From positions 34,534,001 to 34,598,000 of the forward strand of contig NC_043014.1 in NCBI RefSeq assembly GCF_006345805.1: a stretch of 64,000 nucleotides of DNA. The letters are read 5' to 3'. Position 1 is the first letter of the stretch. Each line of letters begins with the position of its first letter. Below the pieces are notes generated by a model, which saw nothing but the letters and a program-made list of their open reading frames with translations, was not told the DNA's origin and ran no database searches. Below, one piece after another: positions 37,605 to 48,499 of the stretch. The position numbers and the translations under genes were made by a program. Source of the DNA: Octopus sinensis. Lineage: Eukaryota.

Positions 37605-37820
37605 ATCCAAACATGAAAACACAAAGAGAAAACACAATAATGCGAGGATGTGGAACAAATATAGTATTATTGGATGCTCAGGAAAGAAGGAAAGAAGGAG
37701 GGTTTAACGTTTCAAGCGGAGCTCTCCGTCAGAAACATAGGAAAAGGAAAGATCCAAAGAAGGGAAGACGGAGGGAAAAAAAAAAAAAAAATCGCCAACG
37801 GTACACACGCAGTCACTATA
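37601..37820 (-). mobile_element. Short Penelope-LTR-like repeat with hammerhead motif, adjoining (TA)n
   Basis: Minus 37736-37702: GTTT-CTGACGG-A-GAGC-TCC-GCTT-GAAAC-GTT-AAAC. The downstream CCTGAGC..ATAC..TTTGTT..CCAC module is shared with 41525-41705. Confidence 0.6.
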
Positions 37821-38017
37821 CATACACACATATGTGTTAATAGATACATAAAGAGTTTTCCCAGTTTCCATCTTCCACTAGTCAACTGAAGGCTAAAGTA
37901 GAAGACACATTGCCCTTAAGGGATTGTACAAGGGAATTGAAACTGGGATCATGTGGTTATGAAGTAAGCTTCTTAGCTACTTACATATACCAGTCTGTAC
38001 TTAATGAACTACATATA

Positions 38018-38249
38018 TATTTCTTTACTACCCACAAGGGGCTAAACACAAAGGGGACAAACAAGGACAGACAAACGGATTAAGTCGATTACATCGACCC
38101 CAGTGCGTAACTGGTACTTAATTTATCGACCCCGAAAGGATGAAAGGCAAAGTCGACCTCGGCGGAATTTGAACTCAGAACGTAACGGCAGACGAAATAC
38201 CGCTAAGCATTTCACCCGGCATGCTAACGTTTCTGCCAGCACGCCACCT
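38018..38249 (-). mobile_element. SINE family A1, full length and young
   Basis: Near-consensus with CpGs intact: A box TGGCAGAAACGTTAGC, B box GAGTTCAAATTC, tail GTGGGTAGTAAAGAAATA. Confidence 0.9.
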
Positions 38250-39094
38250 ATATAGATTGACAGTTAACAGATACAGAAGTACACATAAATGAACAGAGAC
38301 AGAGCCCCGAAATACTTCAGTACTTCTCCATATATTCTAAGTTCAAATCTAATCTCATCACTTCCAGCGTCCACTTTGCTCTCTGTTTGGCATTCTAATT
38401 TCTAATGTGAAATGGAGAAAAAACAAAAGCAGAATAAAAAAAAAATACCAGTGACATGCTGGATGCATTTTTATCACCCTACATACCAAAAATGTGGGGT
38501 AAAAAAAAAGAAAAGAAATTAAGTATAAAAAAAAAATTAGGTATACAAAAAAAAAAGAAATTAGGTATAAAATTTGCACCTCCCCATCTCTTGAAACCAA
38601 CTCACTACAAAATCAAAAGAAATCAATCTAAACAAATTTATTATTAATGTATAAAATAAAACTATATTAAGAAAATGTTTGAAAATATGAATAAAAAAAT
38701 GGGTCTTTACCTGTGGGCTGACTGAATTGCTTTTATGTGATAGAGACACACTTCTCTCAGAACTGAACTAATAGTTATAAGTTTAAGGAAAGTGCAGTAT
38801 ATATATACATATATTATATACACACACACACACACACATACATACATACACTGGAAAAGGAGTGGGAGGAGTGATGATGATGATGATGGCAATGGAGGTG
38901 GTATGGTGGTGGTAATTGTAGTAGAAATAGGAGTGGAAGTAAGAGAGATGATAGCAGTTGTAGCAGCAGTAGCAGTGGTGGTGGTGACAGTTATGGTGAT
39001 GGGAATAATGGCAATAGTAGTGGTGACTGGTTGCCTTGAATGTGATAGTTGTGGTGGCAGTAACAGCTGTAGGAGGCTGATGATGATAATAATC

Positions 39095-39308
39095 CTCTGT
39101 ACTATTGGCACAACGCCCGAAACTTTTGGGGAGGGGATAAGTCAGTGACATCAACCCCAGTGCTCATTGGTCCTTTTTTTAATCGACCCTGCAAGGATGA
39201 AAGACAAAGTCGATCGTGGCAGAATTTGAACTCAGAACATGAAAGCAAATGAAATGTCACTAAGCATTTTGCCCAGCATGCTAACGACTCTGCCAGCTCA
39301 CCACCTTG

Positions 39309-39343
<35 letters not shown>

Positions 39344-39463
39344 CTTTTCTACTATAGGCACAAATCCTGAAATTTGGGGGAGGGGATAGTCGATTACATC
39401 AACCCCAGTACTCAACTGGTACTTAATTTATCGACCCCAATAGGATGAAAGGTAAAGTTAACC
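39095..39463 (-). mobile_element. Head-to-tail SINE A2 pair with (AAT)n spacer
   Basis: 39095-39308 full copy, (AAT)10, then a truncated copy that ends at the minisatellite. Confidence 0.75.
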
Positions 39464-39473
39464 TAAAGTTAAC

Positions 39474-40034
39474 CACACTCACATGCAGACAGACGCACTC
39501 ACATGCAGACAGGCGCATTCACATGCAGACAGGCGCATTCACATGCAGACAGGCGCACTCACATGCAGACAGGCACACTCACATGCAGACAGGCGCACTC
39601 ACATGCAGACAGGCGCACTCACATGCAGACAGGAGCACTCACATGCAGACAGGCGCACTCACATGCAGACAGGCGCACTCACATGCAGACAGGCGCACTC
39701 ACATGCAGACAGGCGCACTCACATGCAGACAGGCGCACTCACATGCAGACAGGCGCACTCACATGCAGACAGGCACACTCACATGCAGACAGGCACACTC
39801 ACATGCAGACAGGCACACTCACATGCAGACAGGCACACTCACATGCAGACAGCACACTCACATGCAGACAGGCACACTCACATGCAGACAGACACATTCA
39901 CATGCAGACAGACACATTCACATGCAGACAGACACATTCACATGCAGACAGACACATTCACATGCAGACAGACACATTCACATGTAGATAGACACATTCA
40001 CATGTAGATAGACACATTCATATGTAGATAGATA
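39474..40034. repeat. 20-bp minisatellite CACATGCAGACAGGCGCACT, about 28 copies
   Basis: The unit stays in register with the 10-nt blocks for about 18 copies; variants are ordered along the array. Confidence 0.95.
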
Positions 40035-40169
40035 GAAATAAATAGATAAATAGCTAAACAGTATATATTAATGTTTGTTTTTATATGATGTGACGTATAT
40101 AAAAACAATTTAACATTACACTGAAGGATTACTAAATACTTTGTACTAGAGTACAATCAGGCAAAACTT

Positions 40170-40690
40170 TGAGCCAAACTTGAGCTGCATCCTTGCAAGA
40201 CAATGATCTGCATTTGGTGGGATTGGGAAGGGCTAATCCACTATGAAATGCCAGAAAACAACCACACGATCAATGCAGAGCTTCACATTCAGAGGATACA
40301 CCAGCAAAATGAGGCTATCCAGCTGAAATTATCAGCAACACTTGTCCCAAAATTATTAGCTTGACCAAAAATGCTATTCAAGAGCTTGGTTGGAAAGTTC
40401 TATTATATCCACCTGTTCACCTTATATAACACCTTCATATTATCAACATTTTTTTTTCAGTCATTCTCTAACAGTCTGAGAGGTGTTTAGTTCAGCAATG
40501 ACATGGAGCTCAAAGTGAGGCTTGATAAATTCTTTTGAGTCAAAATCTGGTGGTTTCTACCATCAAGATACTGACAAACTAGTGGAACATTGGCAAGAAG
40601 ATGTGAACAATGAGGAATATATTATTGACTAATTTGTTACAACTGTTGATGAAAAAGGAAATAAAAAAAAGAATTTATCTGAAAAACCTA
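40170..40690 (+). mobile_element. mariner transposase relic (different family from 9562)
   Basis: LHPCKTMICIWWDWEGLIHYEM..TINAEL ... LTKNAIQELGWKVL..PP...SY..F.SFSNSLRG...FYHQ..DKLVEHW.E.VNNE.YIID*. Confidence 0.8.
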
Positions 40691-40700
40691 TATATATATG

Positions 40701-40767
<67 letters not shown>

Positions 40768-40771
<4 letters not shown>

Positions 40772-40990
40772 GTAAATATAAGAGAGTTAACGTTAAGTGG
40801 TTAACTCTAGTGCTAGAAATAGCTCCTTATTCTGGTATAGCTACCGAAGTTGTTTCCACAAAGCTAATAACTCTCTTATATTTATGTATAAATTTGTACT
40901 GTCTCCCTGGTTTTTATGTGCTAGGCCACTTGGTGTTAAACTGATGGTATTATTAAATTAATATCTAATTTTTCACCCTCATTTATGAAT
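40768..40990. mobile_element. Short inverted-repeat-plus-tail element in (TA)n
   Basis: TACGTAAATATAAGAGAGTTA ... TAACTCTCTTATATTTATGTA, then a tail containing ATGCTAGGCCACT-like sequence that is also seen at about 17000-17090. Confidence 0.55.
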
Positions 40991-40997
40991 ATATATA

Positions 40998-41522
40998 TAT
41001 ATATACATACCAAGTAAGTTAGGGGTTGTGGATCCAACCAACTCAGGGATAATACTTATCCAATATACTGTTGGTATAATACCCAAATTATTAACACACA
41101 AGTGCTTTTAATTGTAATGCAATAAACTTACTTATTGTATTAAATGGGTGAAGGTAAAGAAATATTTTACCATTAATTTATATTGCAAATAAGAAAATAG
41201 AGAAACACATTAGTTGGTTTATCAGCTTTAGGATATTAGAATGCTGACTCATTTATCAAAACGACAACCATAATAACATACATATATACAGTATATAATT
41301 GAATAAATATAAGATAAGAATACAAGTAGTTATTTAAAAAAACTTAATATAAATTATTAAGGTTTTTTTAATAACTACTTGTATTCTTATCTTATATGTA
41401 TTGAATTTTATACTGTATATATGCATGTTATGGTTGTCATTTTGATAAATAAGTCAACATTCTAATATCCTAAAGCTGATAAACCAACTACTGTGTTTCT
41501 CCATTTTCTAATTTATAATATA
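40998..41522. mobile_element. Large foldback (41179-41522, arms about 170 bp) plus about 180-bp tail, flanked by TA-rich sequence
   Basis: The arms are imperfect reverse complements around a 7-nt loop at 41349-41355. Confidence 0.7.
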
Positions 41523-41524
41523 TA

Positions 41525-41705
41525 TTAGCTCCAACACGCATTTTTTCCTCTCCTTGTTTTTTTTCTGTGTATCTTTCTGTCGAAGAGTGTAGGCTCGAAA
41601 CGTAAAAGACTTGTTCTATTTCTATTCCTGAGCGCCATACTAATACATTTGTTTGTACTCCACCTGCCTTTGTCTTTTGTTTATTTTCGTAAACCTTCCC
41701 GTTAT
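41525..41705 (+). mobile_element. Short Penelope-LTR-like repeat with hammerhead motif, ending in (TA)n
   Basis: 41572-41609: TCTTT-CTGTCGA-A-GAGT-GTAG-GCTC-GAAAC-GTA-AAAGA. Confidence 0.6.
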
Positions 41706-41713
41706 ATATATAT

Positions 41714-41753
<40 letters not shown>

Positions 41754-42104
41754 GTGTGTATATATGTATGTGCATGTATGTATGTATATGTGTGTGTGTG
41801 TGTGTGTGTATGGGAAATATACAGAGTACTGAAGAAATTCCAGACATGAGAGCAAAAGCTGGTGTTGAAAGGCTTTAGACTTAGAAAAACTTTTGATATG
41901 TAGAATAGAAAACAGGACCTTGCTATCATCAGGAAAATGACCAAGCTTGGTATGCAGAAAAGGAGTAGGCAAAAATTCCATACCATGTACTCAGTATAAA
42001 TAATGGATGTATAAGAGGTTAGTGGGACCACAGGCTAACAGAGAAGACAGACTTCATATGTGATTGTTGATGTATAAAGGTAATGAGAACTAAGAGCACA
42101 TGAC

Positions 42105-42232
42105 AAATAGATTCTCTCGAGTTGGAAAAATTTCGGATATGTACCTCCGCTTACAAAAAAGGGCTTCTCTGTGAAAGCGAAGGGCAGATTCTATGATGCT
42201 TGTGTGCAGAGTGTGATGCTGCAAGCTTGCAA
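42105..42232 (+). mobile_element. Small RTE ORF2 fragment
   Basis: TKKGFSVKAKGRFYDACVQSVML (RTE KGRLYDACVR.AML). Confidence 0.6.
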
Positions 42233-42287
42233 GTCATAGAATACAGTGAATTTATTAATATTGGGAAAAAAATGAAGCAAGCATGTT

Positions 42288-42504
42288 TTAACCCTTTTGT
42301 TACCATATTTCTGTTGAGATGCTCTGTGTTTCTTTCAATTAATTTAAAATAGAACAAGGAATTTAGTAAAATAACTTAGTTATCTTTAAGCTAGTGTTAG
42401 GAACATAAATTGTGTCTCAGGTTTGGTGGAAGATTTTAATTCAGAACTTTTGAAAACAAGACATTTGTACCATAGAGCCAGAGGGTTGGTATCAAAAGGG
42501 TTAA
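42288..42504. mobile_element. piggyBac-type MITE
   Basis: TTAA-CCCTTTTGTTACCA ... TGGTATCAAAAGGG-TTAA. Confidence 0.85.
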
Positions 42505-42785
42505 TGGACATGTAATGTTAATGTGCATGGAGCAGGGATAATGAGCTGAGATAAAAACAGGATATAAGATGTAGTGCACAAGAGAAAAGTTATAGAATCT
42601 CGGATATGTAATGCATATCTACATCAGGGCCTTTTGGCCATTTTGTATCTGGTATCTATTTGCTATGCATTTCAGCTATTTAGTACCTTCTTATCTTTCT
42701 ATCATTTTGTGATGATGATGATGATGTGGGTATACACACAAACACAAATGTATATAAATACATACAGGTATTTATACACACACAC

Positions 42786-42830
<45 letters not shown>

Positions 42831-44157
42831 CACACACACATATATACACACACACACACACATATATATATATACACATATATATATATACACATATACA
42901 TATATACACATATACATATATACACATATATATATATATACACATATATATATATACACGCATATATATATATATGCATATATATATATATACACACACA
43001 TATATATATACACATATATATGTGAAATAAAAAAAAAATGAAATTCATCCTGTACACATAAAATGAGGAAGGCCTTGTGAACTCGTAGCATGTTAGCTTC
43101 TTTGAGTTTATTATCTACCTTCTGTTGTTGTGAGCAGTGATAACGTGACTTCACAGAAAGCTTGTAACTCTCCTTGGCAGCACCAAAAAACCCATATATT
43201 TTTGTATACAAAAGAGAGAGAGAGACACACACACCAAGGAGACAGGGAATATTATAGTTTGTTAACAAAGGAATGACTGACGTATACACAAACACACACA
43301 TACACTGCTGACAATAGCCATGTGCACCTGTAAAACTGTTTACAAACAATAGATCTGCCATAGGCATATAAAGGATCACATAAAACATCAAAACCAGCAT
43401 CCACACAAAGTACAAAGTAGAAGAACAATCTCTATAATCTAATGTAAAGAAGTATATTTGAAAGGGTCGGATACTGAAGTCTAAGTACAGACAAACAATA
43501 TATAAAAATTAGAACAACACCATTCGTGAGTTGTTGTTTAGCTTCATCTCAATTCTGAACAAAGAAATTCTAACTTTAAACATCCCTTGTTATTTTCAGA
43601 CAATGCACCCAAAACTACATTATCCAACTGTATCTTTTTTTATTATTTGCTTGATGTATTGTTTAATAGCAATGTTTGGGAGCAATGATTACAAACATCT
43701 GTAGGTGTAACGTTCAAGATTAATGCTATCCCCTGCAGATGTTTGACTAAAATAAGGAATAGTGACTAAAACCTTTTGCAGTTTGCTGTGCTTGAGAAGA
43801 CATGCCAAGCTGAGTGAAATCATAGTTGAGGCCAGTGCTGGTGACATGTAAAAAGCACCCTGTACACTCTGTGGAGTGATGGGTATCCTGCTGTAGAAAT
43901 CAACCCAAAACAGACTGGAGCCTGGTGTAGATCTCTGGCTTACTAGTCCCATTCAAAGTGTCTTACCAATGCTAGCATGGAAAACAGATATTAAGTGATG
44001 ATAATGAAGGTAAATAAATACCTTGGAGATTTGAAGAACTAAACTTAGGGTAACTAACATTTTTGAAGAAGGGTTTAGAAATGAGGTAAAGAAAAAAGGG
44101 ATTTCTTATCCCACTTTGTTATCAAACCCGCCTCCATCAATACCTTGAGATTTGGAA

Positions 44158-44364
44158 TTAATCCTTTAGCATTCACATTATTCTATGAAAGATAATGCCC
44201 ATTTATTCACAATTAGTCATGCATTATCTCATAGCTTTGAGATTTTGATGAGATAACTTAATTTTTTGAATGTTGTTGGTAAGAGTCCAGATTTGATTAG
44301 TTTGAACATAAAACAGGTAGAATATTTTGGCTGGATATAGCCAGTTTTAATGCTAAAAGGTTAA
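44158..44364. mobile_element. piggyBac-type MITE (second family)
   Basis: TTAA-TCCTTTAGCATT ... AATGCTAAAAGG-TTAA. Confidence 0.8.
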
Positions 44365-44551
44365 AGAACATTAGAATATACTAACCAAGAGAATAAACAA
44401 CAAAGTCCAAATATGCAGGAGTGTGGACACTGCAGCTACATGACACTATGTAGTGTTATTGGTACTGATTGAATATCATCATCATAGATCAAATTATGTT
44501 CCTGCCATGACTGTCAAATCTTATTTTAGTACATCTAGAATTATACATGTG

Positions 44552-44820
44552 AAGGCAAGTGGCTTAGTGGTTAGGCTGTTGCACTAATGATCACCAGATC
44601 ATGGGTTTGATTCCCTGACTGGGCAGTACATTGAGTTCTTGAGCAAAACACTTTGTTTTATATTATTCCAGTCCCCTTCGATTGAACGGAGGCGGGGGAT
44701 GTTGGCCAGCTTGCCTAGCCAGCAGGGTGGCATTATTTGAAGGTTAAAACAATGCAAAAGTGCACTGTGACCAGCGATGTGTAACAACATCACAGCCTGG
44801 TCAGTCATGTGATCATGTGA
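44552..44820 (+). mobile_element. tRNA-derived SINE (family D), degenerate
   Basis: GGCAAGTGGCTTAGTGGTTAGG..GGGTTTGATTCCC..TTCTTGAGCAAAACACTT..; tail (GTGATCAT)n. Confidence 0.65.
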
Positions 44821-45084
44821 GAATTACATAATCTAATGTGGTTCTCTTTTCTGTAAAGCTGAGCTTAAGCAACAACCACCCACATAGCCACCCAATAATG
44901 AAACTATTACATGTGGTTTCACTTTTAGCCCCCACCTTCATGGCCTCTCCTTTAGAAATTCTTCACACATAACATTATTGCTTCCTCATTACACTACATG
45001 TACTGAGACTCTTTCAAAAACCTTTTCTACGCCAATAAATCCAAAAGACAATTCTTTATCAAATACTTCCATTGCTGCAGCCTC

Positions 45085-45720
45085 ACAAGAAATATAGATT
45101 GTATGAGGCTTGTGTGTTAACAGCCATGCTACATGGCAGTGAAACATGGACTGTGACTGCAGAGGACATGCGAAGACTTGAAAGAAATGAAGCTAGTATG
45201 CTTCACTAGATGTGCAATGTCATTGTGCATGTATGACGAGAGAAAAATAGGGTTTAATAGGCATCAGACAGAAGAGCGAAAACTACACTGGTATGGTCAT
45301 ATGATGTGTACGGATAGGGACAGTTGCATAAAGAAGTGCTGGTCTCTAACTGTGGAGAGAACCCGCGGAAGTGGCAGACCCAGGACAACATGGGACAAGG
45401 GGGTGAAGTATGATCTTCAGTATGATCATCACGGAGGTGATAACTAGTGATTGAGTTCGTTAACAATTTAGTGCGCTTGAGAAGCTGCATCAAGCTAAGT
45501 AACATCATAGTTGTGGCCAGTGATGGTGACATGTAAAAGGCACCCAGTACATTTTGTGGAGTAGCTGGCATAAAGAAAGGCATTGAGCTGTAGAAACTAA
45601 CCCAAAACAGACTGGAGCCTAGTGCCTGGTGCAGCTCTCCAGATTACCAGCCTCAGACAAACTGTCTTACTCATGCAGACATGGAAAATGGGTGCTAAAT
45701 GATTATGATGTTGATGATGA
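45085..45720 (+). mobile_element. RTE LINE 3' fragment: ORF2 C-terminus continuous with the family C 3'UTR
   Basis: RLYEACVLTAMLHGSETWTVTAEDMRRLERNEASML..KLHWYGHMM..DSCIKKCWSLTVERTRGSGRPRTTWDKGVKYDL, then GGTGACATGTAAAAGGCACCC..GCTGTAGAAAC..(GAT)n. Confidence 0.85.
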
Positions 45721-46091
45721 TTCTATGGCTAATTAAATCTAAACTGCATTCCATCAGTCTGAACTAATCTGCTAGCTTTATTGTAATTCTTTCTACTCCC
45801 TTCATTTTTAAAAATACTTTTTCATATGTAATAGTACACTACTAGTACAGATATTAATAGTATTGCTACACGAGTGATGGAGTGGAAAGCAGTGGTAATT
45901 AATGACGTGTACTTTTAATTAGAAAATAGGTTACATATGTTGTCTTTACCTAGTCTGATGTTTTCGGAATTCCTTACTTCTCTCCAATACTTTGAGTCCT
46001 TCAGTTCCAACTCCCATCATAATGTCTCTAGTGATTTAACTTCCCTGCTCAAAGCACTATAGAAACTAATCTTAACTGGTTTGATATATCT

Positions 46092-46440
46092 CTTAGTTGT
46101 TTCAGTCACTGAACTGTGGCCATGCTGGGGCACCACCTTGAAGGGTTTAAGTTAAACAAATTGACCCTAGGACCTATTTGCTTTTCAAAACTGGTATTTA
46201 TTCTGTCGTATCTCTATTGCTGAACTGCTAAGTTACAGGAACATAAACAAATTAACACTGGTTGTCAAGTAGTAGGGGAGAGACAAACAAAGAGGCACAC
46301 ACACACACATACAGATATAAACATGACAGGCTTCCAGTTTCCATCTACCAAATTCACTCACTAGGCATTGGTCAGCCTGGGGCTATAGTAGAAGACATTT
46401 GTCCAAGGTGCAATGCGATGGGACTGAACCTGAAACCACA
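46092..46440 (-). mobile_element. Older SINE family B copy
   Basis: GTTTCAGTCAC..GGCCATGCTGGGGCACC..CTATAGTAGAAGACA..GGGACTGAACC. Confidence 0.7.
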
Positions 46441-46467
46441 GCAATGTGTGTGTGTATGTGTGTGTTG

Positions 46468-46795
46468 TGAAGGCATATGGCTCAGTGGTTAGAGTGTCGA
46501 GCTTATGATCGTGAGGTTGTGAGTTCAAATCCCGGACCTGGCTGCATGTTGTGTTCTTAAGCATGACACTTTATTTCATGTTGCTCCTGTTCACTCAGCT
46601 GTAGAAATGAGTTGCGATGTCACAGGTGCCAAGCTGTATCGGCCTTTGCATTTCCATTGGTTAAATGGAGAGGGGAGGCTGGTATGCATGGGCAACTGCT
46701 GGTCTTCCATAAACAGTCTTGCCCAGACTTGTGCCTGGGAGGGTAACTTTCTAGGTGCAATCCCATGGTCAGTCATGACCGAAGGGGGTCTCAGC
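46468..46795 (+). mobile_element. tRNA-derived SINE (family D) with a Nin/Deu-like central segment
   Basis: GGCATATGGCTCAGTGGTTAGAG..GAGTTCAAATCCC..GTGTTCTTAAGCATGACACTT..GTTCACTCAGCTGTAGAAATG. The domain name is from memory. Confidence 0.7.
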
Positions 46796-46821
46796 AGTGT
46801 GTGTGTGTCTGTGTGTGTACA

Positions 46822-47012
46822 TACAAGGGGGTGCGGAAAAGTTCCTGGATATTAAGGGTATTGTGAAAAGCCTGGTTAGAAGCAAAACCTTCCAAGGCTT
46901 AGAAAAACCAAAGGACTGTGAATCTGAGAGGGGAATATGTTCTATAAAATCATAATTAACTGAATCCTCCTGGAACTTTTCAGCAAAGCCAGGAACTTTT
47001 CAGCACCTCCTT
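46822..47012. mobile_element. mariner-derived MITE (internal deletion)
   Basis: TACAAGGGGGTGCGGAAAAGTTCCTGG / GCCAGGAACTTTTCAGCACCTCCTTGT TIRs; interior retains the ..VNLRGEY transposase end. Confidence 0.75.
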
Positions 47013-47924
47013 GTCCTCTTGTGTGTATGTGTGGCTTGTGGGTGTATATATATCATCATAATAATTTTTTAATGTCCATTTTCCATGCTGGCATGGGTTG
47101 GACGGTTTGACAGAAACTAACCAGCTGAATGGCTGTTCAGGCTTGATGTCTCTTATGGCATTGTTTCTACACATGGCTACCCTTCCTAACATGATATATG
47201 TATACATATCAAATTCTACTTACGACACAGTGCTTAACCTGCTATAAATAGTATAGGATATACAGTGGGAGTGAACCCAAACTATGTGACCCCAAGGGAA
47301 ATCTTTTAACCATACAAACATGCCTGCAGCTAAAGCCATGCCTTCTCTCATAGATATTGTGGTATTACTGTTTCTTTTTATGTGAAGTTATATATAAAAA
47401 CAATTTGACATAAAACTGAAGGATTAATCTACATTTTAGTAGAGTACATGTTTATCAATTTTTTACAAGGAATAAGTTGATAGTGACTTTGAAGTTTCAG
47501 CTTGCTAGGCATCATTGGTCAGTGTGTGTGTGTCTGAGTGCATGGTAAAAATAATTATATTTTTCTTTTCATTTTTTCTCTTTTACATAACTTGACTTTG
47601 TAAACGAATGATCTTGTTTATTTTAATGGCCTACCAATGTATACAGCCCTAGATGTTAGGAAGACACTTGGTAAAAAATGCAAACAAAACTGAAAGAAGA
47701 AAAACTCATCATCAACAACAACGATTTCCAATTTTAGAACAAGGCCAGCAACTTTGGGGGAGGGGTAAGTCAATCACATCAGCCCAAGTGTCCAACTGGT
47801 ACTTATTCTATCAATCCCAAAAAGACTGTTGTATATTGAAACTGTATACCCCTCCTGGTAAAAAGTGGTAGTAGCCAGCCATTATAAACAAATCTATAGC
47901 TGGTCGACAGGGATGATCAGGAAG

Positions 47925-48285
47925 GTCGAAAGTATGTGTAGACTGTGTTGATAGTCATGTCTGTGCTGATATAGTAATTATACTATGGTATTGAGTGGAC
48001 GTTATAACTACCCAACTTGTTGAGGATAATAACACTGTACAACTGGGGGGGTCATACAGTGCCAGATAGAGACATTCTGTCCATGATTTTGGAAGATGAC
48101 AATATCTGTCAGAGCGACAACCGTCATCAAAGGATAGATACAACAGTGGCAAAAGGCCACTTTACAACAATAGCGATGAGGAAAAACAAATTTATGCAAA
48201 GTGAAAAAAGGAAAACACTTACATGGAAAATTAGATACCTCGACAAAAAAGAAACGAAAGTCTTGTGCAAACTTGCGAAAATCAT
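47925..48285 (+). mobile_element. Possible piggyBac transposase relic
   Basis: Weak: GHTV..D.....TTIAMRKNK resembles the piggyBac DNFFTS..TLVGTMRKNK region. Confidence 0.25.
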
Positions 48286-48457
48286 ACACCCACTACACTC
48301 ACAGAGTGGTTGTCGTTAGGAAGGGCATCCAGCAGTAGAAACTCTGCCAAATCAAGATTGGAGACTGGTGCAACCATCTGGTTCGCCAGCCCTCAGTCAA
48401 AATTGTCCAACCCATGCTAGCATGGAAAGTGGATGTTAAACGATGATGATGATGATG
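48282..48457 (+). mobile_element. Family C 3' end
   Basis: CACCCACTACACTCACAGAGTGG..GGAAGGGCATCCAGC..GTTAAACGATGATGATGATG. Confidence 0.8.
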
Positions 48458-48499
48458 GAAGCTGGGATAAAATATTGTTAGCTGGGATAGTTGAGTTGC

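Noticed and set aside
38707-39154. Three-frame Thr/His/Val-rich ORFs
   Set aside because: Cryptic (GTG/GTA/GAT)n simple sequence.
39445-40007. Three overlapping 160-180 aa ORFs (QAHSHADRRTHMQTGALTCR repeats), and the array as a possible CRISPR
   Set aside because: They arise from a stop-free 20-bp tandem unit that gives the same peptide in all three frames. There are no unique spacers and the context is eukaryotic.
46468-46540. tRNA-like sequence (also the heads at 25760-25826 and 44552)
   Set aside because: A/B boxes are present but there is no complete acceptor stem, and each continues into a SINE body, so these are not tRNA genes.
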